DNA from: Burkholderiales bacterium | GTDB lineage: Bacteria > Pseudomonadota > Gammaproteobacteria > Burkholderiales > Ga0077523 | DNA length: 40,297 nucleotides | Assembly: GCA_026125595.1 (NCBI GenBank) | Contig: JAHCKV010000001.1 | Span: 1 to 40,297, forward strand | Direction: 5' to 3' | Shown: positions 30,904-37,535 of the stretch, in pieces | Layout of the letters: each line of letters begins with the position of its first letter | Numbering within the stretch: the stretch's first letter is position 1 | Translations under genes and position numbers: made by a program | Notes under the pieces: model-generated | The model's input: only the letters and a program-made list of their open reading frames with translations | Database searches by the model: none | What the model was told of the DNA's origin: nothing

Positions 30904-32136
30904 ATGAGACCCCAACCCCTGCTCGGATTCCACGACGGCGCCCAGGATCTCACCGATCCGGCGTTCTACCGCGACGCGCTGGCTCCGTTCCCCGATGGGC
31001 GGATGCTGCCGCGATCAGCGTATCGCGTGAAAGCCTTCGCCGATCTGGAGGACGAGAAGATCTGGACCCGCCGCTGGATCTGCGTCGGCCACGCATCGGC
31101 CATTCCGAACACCGGCGATCTGCTGCCGTTCACGGTCGGCAACCACGGCATCCACGTTCGCCGCGACGAAGACGGCGGCCTGTCCGCGTGGTTCAATTTC
31201 GCACAGCACGGCGGCTGCCGCTTCGTACCGCGGCAATGTCAGACCGGTCGCAAGACCAGTTGCTTCTACACGTCGTGCGGCCACTCCCGCGATCGCGATG
31301 TGCTGCGGGCGGAAGCCGACGGCAGCGATACCACCGAGATGTACATGTACCGCGGGATCAACCCGCTCAAACTGCTGCCGGTACGGCTGTACACGATCGG
31401 TTCGCTGTTGTTCGTGAATCTCGACGCCACGGCGGCTCTGCCGCAGGCGTTCCCCGAGATCGTCGAGTCGCTGTTGCGGCGGCTGTTCGAGCCGAATCGG
31501 CCATCGGTCGGCCGGTTCCAGGTGGACAACGCCGCCAACTGGAAGCTGCGCTTTCGCGACGCGATCGCTGCCGGGCACGCAACCGCATCGACCCACGTCG
31601 AACAGCCTCCGCACGGCGCCGTCTTCTGGGCTCGTTCGATCCGGACCAACGACGCGACGATCGCGGTCACGCACGGCCTGTCGGCGCTCGAATCCATCGG
31701 CGCACCCGGAACATCGACGATCGCGGGGTTCCTTCCCAACCTGCTGGTGCGCGTGGAAGACGGCCTCGTCGTGACGACGCTGTTGAAGTCGGTCGGGCTG
31801 ACCGAGACTTCCGAAACCAGCGATGTGTTCCGGCTGGACGCCGACGCCACGCCGGCCGACGAGGAATTGCTGGTGCGCGGGCGTGCGCTGGTGCAACGCG
31901 AAGCAGCCGCCACCGCCCGGTTCCAGGTCGATCTCGCCGGCGCCGAGAACCCGTCACCGTTCCTGCCGCAACGGGTCGATGCCGAGCCGTCACCGCCGGA
32001 GACCGATCCGCTGGCACTGGACTTCCAGCATCGGCTGATCGACTGCCTGCTGGAGCGGCACGAGTATGTCGACCGGCCGCTCTTCTCCAATCCCGGGCGC
32101 GCGCTGAATGCCGGCGTCAACTCGGGCACGTTCTAG
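30904..32136 (+). CDS. Rieske-oxygenase-alpha-like protein with non-canonical cluster-ligand pattern
   Basis: 410 aa, with ATG after GGAGA. The N-terminal context WICVGHASAIPNTGDLLPFTVGNHGIHVRRDEDGGLSAWFN is typical of Rieske oxygenase alpha subunits. The ligand region reads QHGGCRFVPRQCQTGRKTSCFYTSCGH instead of CxH-x15-17-CxxH. The C-terminal domain contains NWKLRFRDAIAAGHATASTH. Confidence 0.6.
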   Translation: MRPQPLLGFHDGAQDLTDPAFYRDALAPFPDGRMLPRSAYRVKAFADLEDEKIWTRRWICVGHASAIPNTGDLLPFTVGNHGIHVRRDEDGGLSAWFNFAQHGGCRFVPRQCQTGRKTSCFYTSCGHSRDRDVLRAEADGSDTTEMYMYRGINPLKLLPVRLYTIGSLLFVNLDATAALPQAFPEIVESLLRRLFEPNRPSVGRFQVDNAANWKLRFRDAIAAGHATASTHVEQPPHGAVFWARSIRTNDATIAVTHGLSALESIGAPGTSTIAGFLPNLLVRVEDGLVVTTLLKSVGLTETSETSDVFRLDADATPADEELLVRGRALVQREAAATARFQVDLAGAENPSPFLPQRVDAEPSPPETDPLALDFQHRLIDCLLERHEYVDRPLFSNPGRALNAGVNSGTF

Positions 32137-32226
32137 AAGCATGCCGAACGCGTATCCGATGCGCAGCCATCCATCGCCGGGCGCGTTCGCCCTTTCGTCC
32201 ATCCACCGCAACCGGAGTCTTCACCG

Positions 32227-32916
32227 ATGCCCTCTTCATTGAACCCCGCCGGACTGGATCCGGCCGCCGTGAAGGCAGGCTACGAGCACTACCGCCGTGG
32301 CGACTTCGCCGCCGCCTACCAATGCTGGCTGCCGGCGGCCGAAGCCGGCGATGCCGAAGCGCAGGCCTGGATCGGCACGCTGCACGAATGCGGCGAAGGT
32401 GTCGTGCAAAGCTATGCGGAAGCCTTCCGCTGGTATCTCCAATCCGCCGAAGCCGGCAACATCCTCGCGCAGAACAATGTCGGCGCGATGTACGGCATGG
32501 GCCGCGGCGTTGCGCGCGACGATCTGAAGGCCGCCGAATGGCTGGAACGCGCAGCGACCCAGGGCGATACCAATGCCATGTTCAACCTGGCCGTGTTCCA
32601 TGCCAAGGGCCGCGGCGTCGCGGTCGACATGGCACGCGCGGTGGAGTGGTACACGCGCGCATCGCATCTGGGGCATGCGCCTTCGCAGGCGCGGCTCGGC
32701 TATCTGTACTGCGGCAACGACGGTGTCGCGAAGGACCGGATCAGCGCCTTCGTGTGGTTGTCGCTGGCCGGCAATCACGGCGCCGGCAACGCGCTGAATG
32801 CCCTCGAACCCATCGTGGACCAGATGTCCGTCGAGGAGAAGGAAGCCGCCCATCGGCGGCTCGCCGCGTTCCGACCGGCCGCCATCGGCACGTCGGCCCA
32901 ACGCGCATCCGCCTAG
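32227..32916 (+). CDS. Sel1-repeat (SLR/TPR-like) protein
   Basis: 229 aa with about 5 tandem ~36-aa Sel1 repeats (A.WY..AA..G...AQ..LG.MY..G.GV..D). Examples are AFRWYLQSAEAGNILAQNNVGAMYGMGRGVARD and AVEWYTRASHLGHAPSQARLGYLY. Confidence 0.85.
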   Translation: MPSSLNPAGLDPAAVKAGYEHYRRGDFAAAYQCWLPAAEAGDAEAQAWIGTLHECGEGVVQSYAEAFRWYLQSAEAGNILAQNNVGAMYGMGRGVARDDLKAAEWLERAATQGDTNAMFNLAVFHAKGRGVAVDMARAVEWYTRASHLGHAPSQARLGYLYCGNDGVAKDRISAFVWLSLAGNHGAGNALNALEPIVDQMSVEEKEAAHRRLAAFRPAAIGTSAQRASA

Positions 32917-32941
32917 GGAAACACCGGAGCGCGCACGTGCG

Positions 32942-33676
32942 TCAGGTTTGACCCGTCTCGCCGTAGACGATGATGGACAGCATGCGGATGGGTGTCTGCA
33001 GCAGTTTTTCCGGACCGTGGGGCACTTCGCCACGGAACGTCAGCGAGTCACCGGGCTGCAGCAGATAGGTCTGCTGACCGTGCCGGTACTCGATGACGCC
33101 CTCCAGGATGTGGATGAACTCGGTGCCCGGGTGCTCGAAGCTCGGAAACACTTCGCTGGCGTCGTCCATCAAGACCAGGAACGGCTCGAAGGTCTTCTGC
33201 GGGCCCTTGTCGTAGGCGAGCAGTTGATACGTGTGTCCCCGTTTCGTGCCTCGCCGGACCACCTGCATGCCGTCACCCTGATGCACGTGTTGCGCACCGC
33301 CGGTCGGCAGATCGTAGTTCGCGAACAACCGGGCGAGCGAAATGCCCAGTGCTGCCGACAGTTTTGCCAGCGTGTCGAGCCCGGTCGACACCTGGCCGTT
33401 CTCGATCTTCGACAACATCCCGCGACTGATGCGCGCCTGCTCCGCCACGTCGGAGATGGTCAGCCGCTGTTGCCGGCGCTGTTCGCGGATCACGCCTCCG
33501 ATGGCCCGTTCGAGGGCGCGCTCGCCGGCATCACGCCCGGTCGCGACTTCGGCTTCGTCATCGGGCACCGGCTCGGCCGGTCGCTGCGGCGCCCGCAGCG
33601 ACTTCGCCGCCGGTACCGGCTCCGGCCGCACCTTGCGGCGGCCGTCGGTCTTGGTACGAATCGGTCCCTTGGCCAC
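32942..33676 (-). CDS. XRE-family HTH + cupin transcriptional regulator (paralog 2)
   Basis: It shares long identical runs with 26282..26953 (VVRRGTKRGHTYQLLAYDKGP, KTFEPFL, FEHPGTEFI, YLLQPGD, VPHGPEKL, LSIIVYGE). A GTG at 33676 preceded by GGAG (5-nt spacer) avoids overlap with dmmC. The alternative ATG at 33748 would overlap dmmC by 58 nt. Confidence 0.8.
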   Translation of the reverse strand: MAKGPIRTKTDGRRKVRPEPVPAAKSLRAPQRPAEPVPDDEAEVATGRDAGERALERAIGGVIREQRRQQRLTISDVAEQARISRGMLSKIENGQVSTGLDTLAKLSAALGISLARLFANYDLPTGGAQHVHQGDGMQVVRRGTKRGHTYQLLAYDKGPQKTFEPFLVLMDDASEVFPSFEHPGTEFIHILEGVIEYRHGQQTYLLQPGDSLTFRGEVPHGPEKLLQTPIRMLSIIVYGETGQT

Positions 33677-33690
33677 GATCGCTCCGCGGT

Positions 33691-34731
33691 TCAGTCGGGT
33701 GCGCCGCCGGGCGACGTCGCCGCCCCGTCGTCGTAGCGCGCGAGCCATTCCAGCGCCATGTCACGGTAGCGCGTGAGACCCTTGTAGTCGACCAGTTGCT
33801 GCGGCAAGGACCGCAGCACCCGCGGCAACCGGCGACCCCATTTCGGCACGGTGACCAGGTCCTCGAGGCTGATCAGGTAGCAGCGGATCGGAAACACGAT
33901 CGCATTGCTGCGCGGCAGCCGCCAGAAGCTCTGCAGCTCGACGCGCAGGTGCAGCTTGCGGCCGATGTTGTCGGGCGTCAGCGAGAGCCGGTCGGGACCC
34001 CAGCTCGGGTAACGTTCCGGCGACGTATCGAGCCGCGGATTGACGGTCATGGTCCAGTTGAGCCGGCGCACCGGCGAGCCGACCCGCAGTTCGAGCAGGT
34101 ACTTCAACGCCCGCTCGAACACGCCCATCTCGTGGGCCAGCGGCACCGGACCGTGCCATTCGAAGAAGTTCATGCCGATGTCGAAATCGAGCGACCAGTC
34201 GGCCTGCGTCGTGATCATCCCGGCATCCATCCAAAGATTGCCGTCGCGGTGATCGAGCAGCGCGAAGTCGCCCTGGGACTGCCGCGTGACGTATTCCATG
34301 GGCTCGCACGGCAGCGTCAACGCATCGCCGAACACGAACCGCTGATCGAGTCCGAGCGGCCGGTTGATCCAGTGCCAGCGGTCACCGTCGCGAGTCAGTG
34401 CGAAGTGCTCGGGGTAGTCCCGCGCCATCGCCGTCATCAACAGTTCCAGCAGATCCCATTGCGCGGTCATCATGTGCGGCAGCGCCTGGCAGCGCAGCGG
34501 ATCCTCGCGCAGCACCAGCGCGCGATCGCGCATCTCGGACACGTAGTGCTCGTCCACGTCGATCGGAAACTCGTAGACGGAGCCTTTCGGCCCGGGCACG
34601 TGGGGCTCGATGTTGACCGCGTACATGTACCGGTCCTCGTGGAACGGGAACGGGAAGCGCCGGATCGCGTGGGGACTGTTGCGGAACGTGAAGTCGTCCC
34701 GGAACGTCTCTTCGTTGAATGCCAGTTCCAT
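33691..34731 (-). CDS. dmmC: Heme-dependent oxidative N-demethylase alpha / dimethylamine monooxygenase DmmC (DUF3445)
   Basis: 346 aa, MELAFNEETFRDDFTFRNSPHAIRRFPFPFHEDRYMY... The family call comes from the sequence pattern and from the position as the last gene of a D-A-B-C order. Confidence 0.8.
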   Translation of the reverse strand: MELAFNEETFRDDFTFRNSPHAIRRFPFPFHEDRYMYAVNIEPHVPGPKGSVYEFPIDVDEHYVSEMRDRALVLREDPLRCQALPHMMTAQWDLLELLMTAMARDYPEHFALTRDGDRWHWINRPLGLDQRFVFGDALTLPCEPMEYVTRQSQGDFALLDHRDGNLWMDAGMITTQADWSLDFDIGMNFFEWHGPVPLAHEMGVFERALKYLLELRVGSPVRRLNWTMTVNPRLDTSPERYPSWGPDRLSLTPDNIGRKLHLRVELQSFWRLPRSNAIVFPIRCYLISLEDLVTVPKWGRRLPRVLRSLPQQLVDYKGLTRYRDMALEWLARYDDGAATSPGGAPD

Positions 34732-34752
34732 GAATCTCTCCGGTGGGGCCGT

Positions 34753-35718
34753 TCAAAGGTCGAGCACGAGCTCGCGCCCGTCGAAGCGGGATACGCACGG
34801 CATGATCTTGCGCCCGGCCGCGCGGTCGGCGGTGGTCAGCCAATGGTCATGATGCTGCAGCCGACCATCACAGCCGAGCACCGCGGTTTCGCATTGTCCG
34901 CACGCACCGCCCCGACACAGATACGGCACTTCGACACCGGCGGCCTCGATCGCTTCGAGCAGGCTTTCGTGCTCGCCGACGTAGACGCGCAGGCCGGCAC
35001 GCTGCAGATACACGTCGAAGGGCGTGCCCGACGGCGGCGCCGCGAAATGTTCCGCGTGCAGATTGTGCCCGGGCCAGCCGGCCGCCCGGGCCGCCTCGAG
35101 CGTCGCGTCGATCAACGGCGTCGGGCCGCAAACGTACAGGTGGGTTCCCAGCGGCTGACTCGCCACGAGTTGCGTGACATCGAGCCGCTCCCCCTTCGAC
35201 GCACAGTAGAAGCGCACATGGCCGGGAAAGCAGCGTTCGAGCGCTTCGCGGTAGGCGCCGCGTTCCGGGCTACGGATGCAGTAGTGCAGCTCGAACGGCC
35301 GACCTTCGGCCGACAACTGGGCCATCTGCGCCAGGAACGGCGTGATGCCGATGCCGCCGGCCACCAGCACGTGCTTGCGGGCGCGCCAGTCCAGCATGAA
35401 CAGATTCACCGGCGCACTGACGGCGAGCGTATCGCCGACCCGGACGCGATCGTGCATGAACACCGAACCGCCGCGGGACACTTCGGCCCGTTGCACGCTG
35501 ATCTCGTAGTCGCCGTCGTGCAGCGGAGAACTCGTCAGCGAATACGGGTTGCGGCGAACGACGCCGCCATCGCGCATCTCGACGACGATGTGCGCCCCGC
35601 CCGAGTATCGCGGCAGCGGCGAAGCGTCGGTCGCGGCGAGGCGGAACCGCTTGACGAACGGCGTGACCGGAACGATCTCGGCGACGCGCACGGGACTGGA
35701 ACGGGGGCGGATGCTCAT
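34753..35718 (-). CDS. dmmB: PDR/VanB-type FMN + [2Fe-2S] oxidoreductase, DmmB
   Basis: 321 aa with the FMN site RNPYSL, NAD(P)H site VAGGIGITP, and C-terminal plant-type ferredoxin CRGGACGQC...C. The start overlaps the dmmA stop (ATGA at 35718..35715). Confidence 0.88.
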   Translation of the reverse strand: MSIRPRSSPVRVAEIVPVTPFVKRFRLAATDASPLPRYSGGAHIVVEMRDGGVVRRNPYSLTSSPLHDGDYEISVQRAEVSRGGSVFMHDRVRVGDTLAVSAPVNLFMLDWRARKHVLVAGGIGITPFLAQMAQLSAEGRPFELHYCIRSPERGAYREALERCFPGHVRFYCASKGERLDVTQLVASQPLGTHLYVCGPTPLIDATLEAARAAGWPGHNLHAEHFAAPPSGTPFDVYLQRAGLRVYVGEHESLLEAIEAAGVEVPYLCRGGACGQCETAVLGCDGRLQHHDHWLTTADRAAGRKIMPCVSRFDGRELVLDL

Positions 35719-36320
35719 CGGTACAGCTCCTCGGCCGGCGGCCGATCACCCGGCTTCTCGGCATCGATCATGACGCCCTGGAAAGCGCCGATGCGGCGCG
35801 AATAATGATCGCGCACGAACAGGTGCCGTCCGCAATGGGCGCAGGGCACGATGCTCATCGTCACCGACTCGGTGATGCCCTTGCAGTGCACGCATTGCAC
35901 GCGGCGCGCCAGCGAACCGCGATGCTCGGTCCGCACACCGGCATGATCGACGCCGAACTCGCCGGCGACCCGGATGCCTTCGCCGATCAACGGTTCGGTG
36001 CCGGCCAGATAGAGCTGCGTTCCCATCCGCGCCGCACCGAGCAACGCCCGCAGCCGGGGCAGCATCGCCGGCACCGTCGGCGATTCGTGCCACGAGAACG
36101 GCGCCAATGCGGCCAGCTTCGCGCCGTGGTCCTGCGCGGCCGAACCGCCCGGTACGTACAGTATGTGCGTCCGTGCCCAGAAGCCGTCCGGCGCGTCAGC
36201 CACCATGTCCAGTACCGCGAGCGCACCTTCGGCGTCGGCCACCATGATGTTCGACCGCGCCTGCGGATTCGACGTCAGCCGGCCGTAGACCGGCCGGCTC
36301 TTGATACCGGATGCCAACAT
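35715..36320 (-). CDS. dmmA: Dimethylamine monooxygenase subunit DmmA-family protein
   Basis: ATG at 36320 after GAAGAGG gives 201 aa. It has a C-terminal Cys cluster CVHCKG...PCAHCG. The gene lies between the GcvT-like and PDR-like genes, as in dmmDABC. The ORF-track N-terminal extension overlaps dmmD and is Arg-rich. Confidence 0.7.
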   Translation of the reverse strand: MLASGIKSRPVYGRLTSNPQARSNIMVADAEGALAVLDMVADAPDGFWARTHILYVPGGSAAQDHGAKLAALAPFSWHESPTVPAMLPRLRALLGAARMGTQLYLAGTEPLIGEGIRVAGEFGVDHAGVRTEHRGSLARRVQCVHCKGITESVTMSIVPCAHCGRHLFVRDHYSRRIGAFQGVMIDAEKPGDRPPAEELYR

Positions 36321-36334
36321 GTTCGCGACCTCTT

Positions 36335-37486
36335 CTACGACTGCCCCTTGCCGACGACGGTACGCTTCCTCTTCTCCGGATCGTCGAACGGAATCGAATG
36401 GGCGATCGCGGACGCCTGCACCGACTTGCCGCGCACGTCGAGCCGGGTGCCATGCACGGCGTACTTCGGATCGAACCGCGCCAGGGCCATGGATTTTCCG
36501 GTCAGCTTGGACACCATGCCGCAGGTGATCACGCCCACCTGGCGCCCGTCGGCCCACAACGTGTCACCGCCATCGGTCGGCGCGTCCGCATCGACCAGCA
36601 CGCCGAAGATCTTCATGCGTTCCTTGCCCTTCAGCGCGTAGTGCCGATCGGCGCCACGAAAACCCGTCTTGCCGGGACTCACCGTGAAATCGAGACCGAG
36701 CTCCCACAGCGAATCACCATCCACCGAGTCAGGCGTCGCATAGGGATACATCAACGAGTTGTCGTACGGATAGAACAGCAGGTACGACTCGACGCGCAGC
36801 ATGTCGAGCACCGTGAAGCGGCACGGAATAATGCCGAACGCCTTGCCCTCCTCGAGGATCGTGTCCCACAGGAACACGGCGTCCTTCGCGCCGACGAAGA
36901 TCTCGTAGCCGCGCTCGCCGGTGTAGCCGGTCCGCGAGATCATCACGTGGCGACCGAACAGCGTCGTCTGCAGATGATGGAAATACTTCAGGTCGTGGAT
37001 GCCCGGCACGTGCCCGGCGAGGAACTCGACCGCCAGCGGCCCTTGCAACGAAAGATCGTGCAGATCGTCGTCGAAGCGGATCGACACATCCTTGCCGACG
37101 GCGGATCGCGCGATCTCTTCCTGCCCGGTGCCACTGCCGTGCACGACCAGCCACGAATTCGGCGACAGGCGATAGCAGATGCAGTCTTCGGTGAAGTATC
37201 CGGCATCGTTCAGCATGGCCGCATAGACCGACTTGCCCGGATACACCTTCGACAGATCGCGGGTCGTGGCGTGGGTCAACACGGCCGTGGCGTCGGGACC
37301 GGTGACGTGCACTTTCTTCAGTCCGCTCACGTCCATCAGGCCCGCCCTGGTGCGGATCGCGATGTGTTCGGCGTACATGTCCTTGTCGTAGGTCCACGCC
37401 GTACCCATGCCGTTCCAGTCTTCGAGCCGCGAGCCGAGAGCGCGATGGCGATCGGCCAGTACCGAGGTGCGCCAGGATGTGGTCAT
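36335..37486 (-). CDS. dmmD: GcvT-family (tetrahydrofolate-binding aminomethyltransferase-like) protein, DmmD
   Basis: 383 aa with GcvT-fold blocks (AIRTRAGLMDVSGLKKVHVTGPDA, ISRTGYTGERGYEIF, LRVESYLLFYPYD). Confidence 0.85.
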   Translation of the reverse strand: MTTSWRTSVLADRHRALGSRLEDWNGMGTAWTYDKDMYAEHIAIRTRAGLMDVSGLKKVHVTGPDATAVLTHATTRDLSKVYPGKSVYAAMLNDAGYFTEDCICYRLSPNSWLVVHGSGTGQEEIARSAVGKDVSIRFDDDLHDLSLQGPLAVEFLAGHVPGIHDLKYFHHLQTTLFGRHVMISRTGYTGERGYEIFVGAKDAVFLWDTILEEGKAFGIIPCRFTVLDMLRVESYLLFYPYDNSLMYPYATPDSVDGDSLWELGLDFTVSPGKTGFRGADRHYALKGKERMKIFGVLVDADAPTDGGDTLWADGRQVGVITCGMVSKLTGKSMALARFDPKYAVHGTRLDVRGKSVQASAIAHSIPFDDPEKRKRTVVGKGQS

Positions 37487-37535
37487 GTCTGTGGGTCTCC
37501 GTCGTCGGGGTATGGGTTCGATGCGGGCGCCGGGA

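Noticed and set aside
32932-32941. 10-bp palindrome CGCACGTGCG between the convergent Sel1 and XRE-cupin genes. The CACGTG core is also present in the 27445-27461 repeat.
   Set aside because: It is short, GC-rich and expected by chance at this composition. It overlaps the stop region of the regulator gene. It is noted only as a possible bidirectional hairpin.
33677-33748. ATG at 33748 as the start of the second XRE-cupin regulator
   Set aside because: It would overlap dmmC by 58 nt and add an Arg-rich tail. The GTG at 33676, with GGAG 5 nt upstream, fits better. The ATG start cannot be excluded without experimental or comparative data.
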